This document shows, one piece after another, positions 41,356 through 53,356 of a stretch of 64,000 bases of DNA. A model generated the notes under the pieces. The model saw only the letters and a program-made list of their open reading frames with translations, was not told where the DNA came from and did not search any database. The translations under genes and the position numbers were made by a program. Within the stretch, counting starts at the first letter, position 1, and each line of letters starts with the position of its first letter. This DNA is from Eledone cirrhosa (Eukaryota), in NCBI GenBank assembly GCA_964016885.1, contig OZ024742.1:206088001-206152000 (forward strand), read 5' to 3'.

Positions 41356-44300
41356 ATGGAGACTAGAACGTCATGTGACAGACTCTCACCCAACAGGTGC
41401 CCCCTGGCTCAGCAGCAGGAACCTGACTGTCAACCAAATACTGCTGATGTTGGAGGAAGAAGAAGAAGGAAAGGGGCCAGAACCAACTGGACGAAAGAAT
41501 TGAATAGAACTGTTATGCAATGCTACCTGAAAAGTAACCCCAAGGAGAGGGGCTACAGGAGACGGATGCATAACATCTGGAACGAGATTGGTTTATTTAA
41601 ATTAGATGAACAAAAATTGGCCGGGCAGGCTCGGGTAATAAGAACTAATGGGTGGATAAGCGAGCTGGAACTGGAGGAACTGAGCAGAGAGAATGGCTTG
41701 GAGATGGCGGGTGTAGTATGCCAGACAAGCGAGCCGGCGGGAAATGAAGGTGAGGAGGTCCTGAGAACGGAGGAACCACCCGAAGCAGACAATGATCTGA
41801 ATACTGAGATAAATAATACCTGGAACAGAGATACGGCCACTGAGGAGATGAATGCTGACGGGCTAGGACAAGATTCGGTTGACATCCTAAATTTAGTGGT
41901 AGATGAGTTGAACAATGATAGTGGGAGACCTATGAACCTAAGATTTGTAGACAGGAAAAAGTTAAAAGAAACAACAGCTAAGGTAAACAAAGTCATCCCA
42001 TACCTTGAGGCGAGGAGTCTTCACCAGTGCAACAATATCCTCAAAGCAACAGCAAATACGGTGAGGAAACTACTTGGTATAAAAGCGAGAGGAAACAACA
42101 GACAAGAAAGAGCAGAGCCGTGGTGGAAGAAGCAACTGAGTGGGCAAATCGGGGAAATGAGAAATGACATAGGAAAGCTTGAGTCACTACTGAATGGGAC
42201 ACTAAAAAACATAGGCACTAAAAATAGACTGGAAATAAAATACAAAACTAGGAGTAAAAAGCTAAATATTATCATAGAGGAATTGAAGCAACGCATTGTA
42301 GCAAAGAGTGCCAAAATCAGGCGATACGAGAACAGAGTCAGTCAGTATAAACAGAACCGCATGTTCGACAACAACCAGAAGATGCTGTTTGGACAGCTTG
42401 AGGGGAAAGAAAGAGGCAACGACTTGATCCCTGGGGCGGAACAAGCTAAAACATTCTGGAGAGGAATATGGGAGCAGGATGTTAGACACAATGCCCAGGC
42501 AGGGTGGATTGAGACAGTACAGAGGGAGATCGGTGAGCAGGCACAGCAACAGACTGATTTGAGTATCACAGTTGAAACTCTTAAGGGGCAAGCCAAAAAA
42601 CTAACCAACTGGAAATCACCAGGCCCAGATGGTGTGCAGGGGTATTGGATTAAACATTTAACATCCCTCCACCCGAAGCTGACGGCCATGTTCAATGACT
42701 GCTTGGTGTCGGGTGAGGTGCCAGAGTGGTTGACAAAAGGTACCACAGTTCTGATAATGAAAGACCGAATCAAGGGTAATGATGTTACCAACTATAGACC
42801 TATCACATGTCTGCCCGTAATGTGGAAACTGTTGACGAGCATTGTGTCTGAGGAAATCTACCATCACCTCCACACAAACAACTTGTTGCCGGACGAACAG
42901 AAAGGATGCCGAAAGAAGTCACGTGGTACAAAGGACCAGTTGCTTATTGATAAGATGGTAATGGGGAATTGCAGGAGGAGACACACTGATCTTGCCATGG
43001 GATGGATAGACTACAGAAAGGCATTTGACATGGTGCCTCATTCCTGGATCACCAAAAGCCTGGAGATCTTCAGGGTGGCAGATAACATCAGACAGTTGCT
43101 GGGCAGGAGTATGGGGTCCTGGGAGACAGAGTTGACATCAACTGGAGTATCCTTGGGAAGCGTGAAGATCAAGAGAGGTATCTTCCAGGGAGATAGCCTG
43201 TCCCCTCTGTTGTTTGTCCTTGCCCTGATGCCCTTGACCATTATGCTGCGAAAAGTGAGAGCAGGATACAAGTTGGGAAGGGGAGAGCTTACCATCAATC
43301 ACCTCCTCTTCATGGACGATCTTAAGCTCTTCGGGAAAAGTGAGAAGGAGTTGGATGTGCTTGTTGACACTGTCCGTATTTTCAGCAGTGATATATGTAT
43401 GCAGTTTGGTATTGGTAAATGTGGAGTCATTGTGATGAGGAGGGGTAGGTTGAGCAGAAGTAACGGGATCCAGATACCAACAGGTGAGATGATAAAGGAA
43501 ATTGACTCTGAGGAAGGATACAAGTATTTGGGCGTTCTGGAGGCTGATGGCATAAAGAACAAAAAAATGAAGGAATTGTTAAGAACTGAATACATTCGGA
43601 GAGTAAGGAGCGTATTGAAGTCACATCTGAACAGCAGAAATGCCATAAGCGCAGTAAATTCCCGAGCTGTGTCTATTATTAGGTACAGTGCGGGAATTCT
43701 GAGATGGAATGTTGCTGAACAAAAAGAAATGGATAGGAAGACTAGGAAGCTATTGACTATCTACAACATGTTCCACAAGAGGAGTGATGTCGATAGACTC
43801 TACCTAAGGAGATCTGAGGGTGGAAGAGGTCTTATCAGCATAGAGGACTGTGTTCAGATGGAGAAAAACAACCTATACAAATACGTGACCTATAGTAAGG
43901 AGCCAATGCTCAGAGCTGTACTGAAGGAGGGGACAGTAGGCCAGGGGATACCCAAGGAGGAAATAACATCAAGGAGGAAGAGCAGCCTTAAGGGAAAATC
44001 CCTTCATAGTACCTTCTTTGAGAAAACTGAATTTAGAGATCCACAGACATGGAACTGGTTGAGAAGAGGAGACCTCAAAAAGGCTACAGAAGGAATGCTA
44101 ATGGCTGCGCAGGAGCAGGCCCTCAAAACGAAGTGGTTGAAGCACCATATCTACAAGGAGGAGGCTAGCCCACTGTGCAGGATCTGTGGAGAGAGAGAGG
44201 AGACTGTGGCTCACATTGTGTCCGAGTGTAAACACCTAGCCCAGACCCACTATAAGGGCTGGAGACACGATGTGATGGGCAGGGTGATCCACTGGCACCT

Positions 44301-44748
44301 GTGCAAAGTAAACAATCTACCACATTCTGAGAAATGGTATGAGCATAGGCCAGAGGCGGTGATGGAGAACAGTCAGGTGAAGGTGCTGTGGGATTTTAGG
44401 ATACAGACGGACAAAAAACTGGAACACAATAGACCTGACCTGGTGGTTGTGGACAAAGAAAAAAGATCGTGCCTGATTGTGGATGTGGCCTGCCCGTTCG
44501 ACACGAGAGTGCAAGAGAAGGAGAGGGAGAAAATTAACCGATACCAGGACCTAAAGTGGGGGGTGAAAAGGATTTGGAACTGCCATGAAGTCAAAGTGAT
44601 CCCGATTGTCATAGGCGCACTGGGGACTATCTCCAAAGGTTTCCAGGGATGGTTAAAGAAAATCGGCCCCTTCACGCTTTTTGGAACGCTTCAAAAGGCA
44701 TGCTTGCTTGGAACGGCAAGAACCCTCCGATACGTCCTGAATATCTGA
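41356..44748 (+). CDS. R4/Dong-clade retrotransposon protein (RT, CCHC, restriction-like endonuclease), 1130 aa, intact
   Basis: [66 protein letters not shown]. The element (about 39976-44823) is flanked by (TAA)n. Confidence 0.95.
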   Translation: METRTSCDRLSPNRCPLAQQQEPDCQPNTADVGGRRRRKGARTNWTKELNRTVMQCYLKSNPKERGYRRRMHNIWNEIGLFKLDEQKLAGQARVIRTNGWISELELEELSRENGLEMAGVVCQTSEPAGNEGEEVLRTEEPPEADNDLNTEINNTWNRDTATEEMNADGLGQDSVDILNLVVDELNNDSGRPMNLRFVDRKKLKETTAKVNKVIPYLEARSLHQCNNILKATANTVRKLLGIKARGNNRQERAEPWWKKQLSGQIGEMRNDIGKLESLLNGTLKNIGTKNRLEIKYKTRSKKLNIIIEELKQRIVAKSAKIRRYENRVSQYKQNRMFDNNQKMLFGQLEGKERGNDLIPGAEQAKTFWRGIWEQDVRHNAQAGWIETVQREIGEQAQQQTDLSITVETLKGQAKKLTNWKSPGPDGVQGYWIKHLTSLHPKLTAMFNDCLVSGEVPEWLTKGTTVLIMKDRIKGNDVTNYRPITCLPVMWKLLTSIVSEEIYHHLHTNNLLPDEQKGCRKKSRGTKDQLLIDKMVMGNCRRRHTDLAMGWIDYRKAFDMVPHSWITKSLEIFRVADNIRQLLGRSMGSWETELTSTGVSLGSVKIKRGIFQGDSLSPLLFVLALMPLTIMLRKVRAGYKLGRGELTINHLLFMDDLKLFGKSEKELDVLVDTVRIFSSDICMQFGIGKCGVIVMRRGRLSRSNGIQIPTGEMIKEIDSEEGYKYLGVLEADGIKNKKMKELLRTEYIRRVRSVLKSHLNSRNAISAVNSRAVSIIRYSAGILRWNVAEQKEMDRKTRKLLTIYNMFHKRSDVDRLYLRRSEGGRGLISIEDCVQMEKNNLYKYVTYSKEPMLRAVLKEGTVGQGIPKEEITSRRKSSLKGKSLHSTFFEKTEFRDPQTWNWLRRGDLKKATEGMLMAAQEQALKTKWLKHHIYKEEASPLCRICGEREETVAHIVSECKHLAQTHYKGWRHDVMGRVIHWHLCKVNNLPHSEKWYEHRPEAVMENSQVKVLWDFRIQTDKKLEHNRPDLVVVDKEKRSCLIVDVACPFDTRVQEKEREKINRYQDLKWGVKRIWNCHEVKVIPIVIGALGTISKGFQGWLKKIGPFTLFGTLQKACLLGTARTLRYVLNI

Positions 44749-44834
44749 GGCTGCAGGTAGTGGCTTGATATTCAATCCAACGGACTTTCCAGTTAACCAA
44801 CATCAATGACTGAGATTCAAGGAATAACAATAAC

Positions 44835-44879
<45 letters not shown>

Positions 44880-47800
44880 CCACCAAGAAATCCAAAGAAA
44901 AAGAGAGAAAAATGGTCAAGGGAAGATAATAAAGAAGTCCTTGAGGCTTTCTACACTGCCATGTACTACCCATCAAATACATCGAATACAGAACAGATAT
45001 ATATCAACTGGAAAAAGAAACATCCCGAAAACAGAGGCTATATTGACAGTAACAAACTAGCCAATATACGAAGAAATATTGTAAGAAAAAAGTTACTAAC
45101 TGATATAGAAATTGATCAGATCAAGCTATTAGCACAAAGTCAGCGAAGGGAAAATGAAACATGTGTCAGTGAAAATGAGGTAAACTGTAACACTTCGAAT
45201 CCCAGGGTTGGGGCGGAATCACTGGCAACAGAACAAATTAAAGAAAGGATCGAAAAAGTGGAGGGAGTGCATGCTCAGGATGAAACTCCAAATGAAAATA
45301 ATGAGATCGTAAATGATAAAGAAATGAATGAGAATGAACTTGCCAACTTGAAGGATGAAATTATGATCGAATGGATGAAAATGAAAGAATCTGACATGGG
45401 GCAACGAGACACCCTCCCTAAGATCCAGAACTCCAAACAGAACCAAAAGATAATACACAAGACTAACATAGTTCTCAAAAACATTATCATCACAAACAAA
45501 CTAAACATTACTGATTTAAATCATCTCTATTATGCATCGGCTAAAGTCACCACTCACTTATGTGGAGTGAAGATGAAAAAAAACAAAGGAATTCCCACAA
45601 GAAATCTACTTGGCAAGAGAACATCAATCGCCAAATAAACCTTCTCCGATCTGACATAGAAATTTTAACAAACTATAAAGTAGGTGAACATGTTAAACAA
45701 ACTAAACTTAGAAAATTGAAAAAAAAAGTACAGTATAAAATCAACATGTGACATAGGCATGTTGATAGAAATAATCAAGCAAAAAGTGTCGGCCAAAGCT
45801 GCTCGTATAAGGCGCTTTGAAAAACGATCTAGATTCTATAAGGACAATAATATGTTCAAAAACAACCAAAGAAACTTCTACAGAAAAATTGGTAAGTCAA
45901 CAATAACTGCTAAATCAATACCACCCAAGGAGGAAGTGCAAGAATTCTGGGAAAAGATCTGGGCCGAAGAAAAAGTTCATAACATACATGCCCCATGGAT
46001 AGACAGCCAAATGAAAGATACAGCTCACCTTGAGGAACAAATATGGGAAAATATAACAGTTGAACAGTTGCGCTTGGCTCTAAGAAAAACCAGCAAATGG
46101 AAATCCCCAGGAAAAGACAAAATACAAAACTTTTGGATAAATGCCTTCACAGAGTCTCATGAGCTGTTAGCCCAACTTTACAATGAAATAGTTAAGGAGC
46201 CAGAAAAGATACCATCATGGCTAGTTAACGGCATTACATTCCTGCTTCCGAAGAATGATGAGACAAACAATCCCCAAAATTACAGACCGATAACTTGCTT
46301 GACCACAATGTATAACATTTTAACATCAGTCCTAACTTAATACACATATGACCACCTGATAACAAATGACCTATTTCCCATTGAACAGAAAGGGTGTAAA
46401 CGAGGCTCATATGGCTGTAAGGATCAGCTTCTGATTAACAAAATGATACTGGAAGATTGTCATAATAGACACAAAAATCTATCGATTGCTTGGATAGATT
46501 ATAAAAAAACATTCGATAGTTTGCCACACAGTTGGATTGAAAAATGTTTAGAGATTTTCAAAATATCCCCCGTTGTCAGGAGGTTTTTGTCATTCAGTAT
46601 GAAGACATGGAAAACGACACTCCTTTTGAATAGTGAAACAAAATCACTGGAAGCTGGAGAAGTTAATATTAACTGTGGAATTTTTCAGGGTGACTCTTTA
46701 TCACCGCTTTTATTCTGCATCGCACTTATACCATTAAGTAAAATGCTCAATGAAACAAAACATGGATATAAAGTCTATGACAAAACCATTAATCACCTGT
46801 TCTACATGGATGACCTGAAACTATTTGCAAAAAATGATGAACAATTGCAAGGGCTATTATCCACTGTGGAGCAGTTCAGTGATGACATTAAAATGGAGTT
46901 TGGACTAGATAAATGCGCCAAAGCAACGTTCACCAGAGGAAAGCTGCTGAAGAGTTCAGACATTAATCTTGATCGGGGGAACGTGATAAGAGAACTTGAT
47001 CAAGAAAAAACTTACAAATATCTAGGTGTTTGTGAAGGAGACGGAATCAAACACTCGACAATGAGGGAAAGGATAAGGAAGGAATGTTACCGCAGAGTAA
47101 GAGCAATCTTAAGAACGGAATTGAATGCAAGGAATAGGATCGATGCCATAAACACGCTTGCCATACCAGTAGTAACCTACAGTTACAATGTCATCAACTG
47201 GTCAAGCACAGAGATCCGTAGGCTCGATACAAAAATTCGAAAATTCTTAACCATGCACAAAATGCATCACCCTAAGGCAGATATAGATAGAATATATCTC
47301 CCTAGGAAAGAAGGAGGACGTGGGTTAATCCAGTTAGACATTGCGTTGAAAACTGCAACAATTGGATTATCTACATATCTAAGGGAATCACATGATTGGA
47401 TGATCAAACTCGTTTTGAAACACGAAAGCATCAAAAGATCATATTCCATTACAAAAGATGCACAAAGATACAGTAATGGACTACAAATTTCAGAAGTCCC
47501 ATTTACTGCTGAAATGGAAAACACAGAAAAAGCAAAGCAGGTAAAAGTAACTGCAAAGAAAGAACTGCTACAGAAACTGGCTAAGAAATGGCAAGAAAAG
47601 CCTCTGTATGGAAAATACCCAGAGCGAGCTAACAATCCTGATGTTGATAAAACTTTAACCCATCAGTGGTTGGCATCCTCTGGACTGAAATCGGAGACTG
47701 AAGGACTGATTATATCAGCACAAGATCAGTGTCTGCCAACAAAAAATTACCAAGCCAACATAATAAAAAATGGGTGCAGCCCATTATGCCGTGTATGCAA

Positions 47801-48495
47801 AAAACAACTAGAGACCATTGACCATATAATTTCAATGTGCAGTCCTATAGCTCCAACCGAATACCTAAACTGGCATGACAGAGCTGCACAATACATACAT
47901 TGGATAATGTGTAAGCATTTTGACCTGCCCCATCAAAAGAATTGGTGGGAGCATCAACCACCTCCCATACTTGAAAAAGATCACATCTCAATCTTGTGGA
48001 ACTTTAGCATCCAAACAGACCGAAAAATAGATGCAAATAGACCTGATATAATATTGAAGGACTTTCAAAAGAGGGTATGCCTGCTAATTGATATGTCTGT
48101 TCCAATAGACAAGAATGTATCTATAAAAACATTTGAGAAATTGAGCAAGTATAAGGACCTGGAGATAGAAATTGGAAAAATGTGGAAATTGAGAACTAAA
48201 ACAATACCAGTGGTTGTAGGCGCTCTGGGAATGATACCTAAGGGGTCTAATGATTACATATCGCACATCCCAGGAAACCCGCGTATAGGAGAAATACAAA
48301 AGATAGTACTAATGGGAACTGCCCATATACTAAGGAAGATTCTGTCAATATAAGTACATCACAAGTCTAAACACTAAAGATGCATGTGTGAATATGTATG
48401 TTCTTTCTTGAACATGGCGGACCTTGTTGTCTCTTGAGGTCACTGGTTGTGACTTGGTGATAACTCGTATGAACATAAAGCAAGATAAATGCAAC

Positions 48496-48497
<2 letters not shown>
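44880..48497 (+). mobile_element. second, divergent R4/Dong element, disrupted
   Basis: Same domain order (YMDD, CRVC..H..C, RPDIIL). Frameshifts near 45600-45750 and a stop at 46338-46340. Flanked by (TAA)n. Confidence 0.92.
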
Positions 48498-48547
<50 letters not shown>

Positions 48548-50231
48548 GTTTAGGGTATAGAAATAACATCGAGAAGAAATGTAACGGTAGAAGGAAGTCA
48601 GAATGTCGCTTACAAAATAACTGCCTGAGCAAGAATCTAGTATATAAATGCACCATTAAGACAAATAATTATATATACAACTACATTGGTGCGACTTCAT
48701 CTGAGTTTAAACTTCGTTGGTGCAATCATAAAAATTCCTTTTCGAAACCAGACAAAAAATCTTCAACTTCACTCTCACATGGTCTTTGAAGGATAAGAAT
48801 ATTAAATACTCCATCTCTTGGACACGGCTAAAAAATGCCAATTCCTATCGAAACGCTTCCATTTCGCTAAATTGCAATCTTTGCAATCTTGAGACTCTAT
48901 TGATAGTTACAAATTATGACAATTTAATTAATAAGAAAAAAGAATTATTTAGCAGCTGCCAACATAGAGCCGGTAAAACATTCCAAGCATTATACAAGTT
49001 TCAAAAGAATATTGACAATTAATAATTTTTATAATAATTTTTATAAATATATTTATATTTATAATTTTTGCCTTACCGGAGTAATAATGTATTGATGTTT
49101 TATCTATTATATTAATTTCATTATGAGCCTCTATATCCTAAGTTTTTGAACAGGACAGTTCAATATTTAACTTGAAAATTGTTGATTCATGGTTTAGAAA
49201 TATCACTTGATTTCAGAATAGATATATTGTTTAATGCTCAAATAACGTGAATGAGTTATCTTCCTTTTGTTTACATTCTTCGTAGATACTTTTATTCTGT
49301 TTGAATAGCTTGCTATTTTAATTTTTGACATAAATTATATAGTTGAATAATATAAGAATTTCTTTAAAAGGAAACTAATAATTTGTAATTACTGAAGTAA
49401 AATAAAATTTTTGAGAGTAAATTTAACTAAAATTTTAATCCTGTAATTATATGATAATTAGAGATTTGAAAGATTTTATAAAGGTGTTATGTGCATGTAT
49501 TTTAATATATGTTTTAATACAGGTTTAATAATTATTTAAATATGCTTTAAAGATAATTTTCTTTTTCAATTGTAACAAAATACTTATGGAATATATTACC
49601 TAAACCAGAAATTAAAATCTATAATGAGTTAAATTAAATTATATAAATTTTTAATTAAATATGTGAAGGCTATGAAAAGTAATGTATATTGATATTGATT
49701 ACTTTTGATATATTATATTAGTATAATTGGCTTACCCATAACCAAATACTAGAGATATTCAATGGTCTATGGTAACTGATTGGTTGACTCCATTGACCTA
49801 ATATTTGAAAACAACGGTTTTTCTACTCTTTTGTCGTTATTTCTTCTTTCTTTCTTCTTTTTCTTCTTGTTTATATATATTTCTCCATCCTTTTCTATAT
49901 TCACTGATATATGTATTTTTTATTTTCTCTCTTTCTTTTTCTTATATATATATTTTTTGCATATCCTCTTCTTTACACACTCTTATATCTCTAATTCGCT
50001 CCACGTCCTTTTCTTTAAGTGTATCATATTATTATTTGTGGTATATAAATGTTGAGATTTGATGAAATAAATCACTGCCAATACTGGAATTGAAATAGCA
50101 AGACCGTATATATACTGTAGGCGTACTGGAAAAACAACAACACAGTACCTTCGAAATATATATAATAAAGCATATATTTTGATTATGTGAATATCTTCAT
50201 TTGTTAATATTTTGAATAATATATAAATATA

Positions 50232-51532
50232 CAGGGTGGGGCATAAAAACTGTTACAAAATAAAATGCAAATAGTTCTTGAAAAAAACATTTATTTCAAG
50301 ATCTGACTTCAACAAATAGTAAGTAATATATTATTAAACAACTGCCCAAAAATTTATTCGAAATGCTTTCCTCTAGCTCTCACTACTGCTCGAAGACTTG
50401 TAGGAAAGTCTTCGATGGCTGCACGAACAGTTTCCATGGGTATTTTCTCCCATACTTTATTCAGTTTTGATTTTAGAGTTTCAATATTTTGGCTAGGAGT
50501 AGAGCAGGCTTCACTCTCAAGAATTGACCATAAGGAAAAATCGAGAGGGTTGAGATCTGGTGATGTCACAGGCCACTCTTCCTTACTGATCCATGCAGGA
50601 CAATGGTCTCTACACCACTGTTGTGTTACGCAAGCAGTGTGGCTCGTCGCTCCATCTTGTTGGAGAGTCCAAATGTCATCGCCATAAACAGATATGCACC
50701 ATGGCATCAGTGCTCCTTCCAAAATATCCTTTATGCAAAGATCTTTGTTATTTTTAACTCCTTGAGGCACAAAAATCAGAGGAGACTTCCCTCTTTCAGA
50801 AATGCCTGCCCAAGCCATCACTGATGCTGGTTTCCCTGTTCTGAACACTTTTCCTACACTTGAAGGAATTGATTTGAGACTGTTTGCAAGTACTCGATCA
50901 TTTTGATGATTGTGAGACTGCTGCACAGTGAATAACTTCTCATCTGTAAAGGTCAGGTTTTGCAGCGTGCCATCCTTGATACGGTCCAATAACAGTTTAC
51001 TTCTTCAGAGCCTATTTTCAATTGTGGCTGCAGAAAGAAGCTGCCTCTTTTGGAACTTATAGGGTGCCATCCCCAGATCATCTCGACATATCCTTCGTAT
51101 AGTTCTCGGCGATGTTTCTGCTTCTTCTACCATTTTTCTCATGGACCTTCTTGGATTACGCCTTATTTTTTCCCTCACACTTTTAACAAGTTTTGGTGTT
51201 CTTGAGGTGCGAGGGTGTCCGGATTGAGGTCTGTCTTTGGGTGTGGAAGTGTTCTTAAATCGATTAATTGTCCTTTTGATCAACATTCTATTGATCTTAA
51301 GAATTTTCCCCAGTTTAAATATCTTGGGTGGAGTCAGGCCTTTTTCATGCTTCTCTATAATGAACTTTCTTTTCAATTCTATGGACATTGCAAATAGTTA
51401 ATGGAGTAATTTTCTGAAAAATAGTTAATATGGTTATAGTGCATGGATTTGATACAAATATATTAGTTATATTAGCAACATAATGTATTTTTAAATTGAT
51501 TTAAATCTTTGTAACAGGAATTATGCCCCACC

Positions 51533-51535
<3 letters not shown>
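50232..51535 (-). mobile_element. Tc1/mariner DD37D (maT) transposon, frameshifted transposase
   Basis: TIRs CAGGGTGGGGCATAA..CTGTTACAAA with TA on both sides. ORFs 51005-51388 (HTH) and 50354-50989 (FTDE, QQDGA-37aa-D in SPDLNPLD). Confidence 0.93.
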
Positions 51536-51613
<78 letters not shown>

Positions 51614-51860
51614 AATATATATATATTTAGAAACACACAGATACATGCGGACACACACATATATACATGAATGCATCCGCACCCAACTGTGAGTTAAGGG
51701 TGCCAACTTCACCGATGTTGCTCAATGAATGACTGGGACAGACCAATTCAGTTTGAACCAGACTGAACCAGTATCAGAGTTAAAAATACATTATGAAGAG
51801 AGAAGAAACATTTAGATATAATTAGTAATAAAATGTATCATACCTAAACTGCCCCTAAAT

Positions 51861-51948
51861 TCCTCGACTACGTAGTTTCGTGGCATAAACAAAAACAATA
51901 TATCAAAGATATAGAGTCCCTGCGAGGTCTGCCGACTTATCAAGAGGA
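51861..51948 (-). ncRNA. hammerhead ribozyme, U3-A8 core (copy 1)
   Basis: Reverse complement of 52678-52765. Confidence 0.82.
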
Positions 51949-52677
51949 TACCTCATTTTACTAGTCTCAAGAACGCGTCTACACGACGTGAGAAAGAATC
52001 CCAAAAGGCGGAGGGGGAGATAGTCACGCGATATAACGGTCGAGAAACAGAGCTAAGCCTCTTATAACCACGAAGAAAATACCACGGAGGCGGAGGGGGT
52101 ATTCATATCGAGGCCGTAGAAGAGGTAGTGAAGAAGGCGAGAAGTATGAGTAATGGAAGCTTTCCAGTTGTCCCCACACTTCAAAGATTGCTCGACCAGA
52201 GGGAGTTATTAATATATTTAGAAACACACAGATACATGCGGACATGTATTTTTAACTCTGATACTGGTTCAGTCTGGTTCAAACTGAATTGGTCTGTCCC
52301 AGTCATTCATTGAGCAACATCGGTGAAGTTGGCACCCTTAACTCACAGTTGGGTGCGGATGCATTCATGTATATATGTGTGTGTCCGCATGTATCTGTGT
52401 GTTTCTAAATATATTAATAACTCCCTCTGGTCGAGCAATCTTTGAAGTGTGGGGACAACTGGAAAGCTTCCATTACTCATACTTCTCGCCTTCTTCACTA
52501 CCTCTTCTACGGCCTCGATATGAATACCCCCTCCGCCTCCGTGGTATTTTCTTCGTGGTTATAAGAGGCTTAGCTCTGTTTCTCGACCGTTATATCGCGT
52601 GACTATCTCCCCCTCCGCCTTTTGGGATTCTTTCTCACGTCGTGTAGACGCGTTCTTGAGACTAGTAAAATGAGGTA

Positions 52678-52765
52678 TCCTCTTGATAAGTCGGCAGACC
52701 TCGCAGGGACTCTATATCTTTGATATATTGTTTTTGTTTATGCCACGAAACTACGTAGTCGAGGA
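52678..52765 (+). ncRNA. hammerhead ribozyme, U3-A8 core (copy 2)
   Basis: TCCTC-TTGATAA-GT(C)GGCA..TGCCAC-GAAA-CTACGTAG-TC-GAGGA. Confidence 0.82.
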
Positions 52766-53268
52766 ATTTAGGGGCAGTTTAGGTATGATACATTTTATTA
52801 CTAATTATATCTAAATGTTTCTTCTCTCTTCATAATGTATTTTTAACTCTGATACTGGTTCAGTCTGGTTCAAACTGAATTGGTCTGTCCCAGTCATTCA
52901 TTGAGCAACATCGGTGAAGTTGGCACCCTTAACTCACAGTTGGGTGCGGATGCATTCATGTATATATGTGTGTGTCCGCATGTATCTGTGTGTTTCTAAA
53001 TATATTAATAACTCCCTCTGGTCGAGCAATCTTTGAAGTGTGGGGACAACTGGAAAGCTTCCATTACTCATACTTCTCGCCTTCTTCACTACCTCTTCTA
53101 CGGCCTCGATATGAATACCCCCTCCGCCTCCGTGGTATTTTCTTCGTGGTTATAAGAGGCTTAGCTCTGTTTCTCGACCGTTATATCGCGTGACTATCTC
53201 CCCCTCCGCCTTTTGGGATTCTTTCTCACGTCGTGTAGACGCGTTCTTGAGACTAGTAAAATGAGGTA

Positions 53269-53356
53269 TCCTCTTGATAAGTCGGCAGACCTCGCAGGGA
53301 CTCTATATCTTTGATATATTGTTTTTGTTTATGCCACGAAACTACGTAGTCGAGGA
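53269..53356 (+). ncRNA. hammerhead ribozyme, U3-A8 core (copy 3)
   Basis: Identical to copy 2, shifted by +591. Confidence 0.82.

Larger units (their letters stand above)
37316..50222 (+). mobile_element. Naiad-like PLE with direct terminal repeats, split by nested insertions
   Basis: 37316-37775 approximately equals 49808-50222. ORF pieces: 37925-38850 (SLKDIPLP, IRRLRW, KSDKTNN, FIQMDIASYY), 39590-39975 (IWYAPP, poly-N) and 48545-49022 (VYKC, YIGAT, CNLCNLE). Confidence 0.85.

Noticed and set aside
50118-50172. Hammerhead in the right terminal repeat of the split PLE
   Set aside because: The 5' half, including CTGANGA, is deleted.
52375-53193. Repeated 75-aa ORF in the 591-bp unit
   Set aside because: No recognisable motif, it starts in microsatellite-like sequence, and it recurs only because the DNA is repeated.
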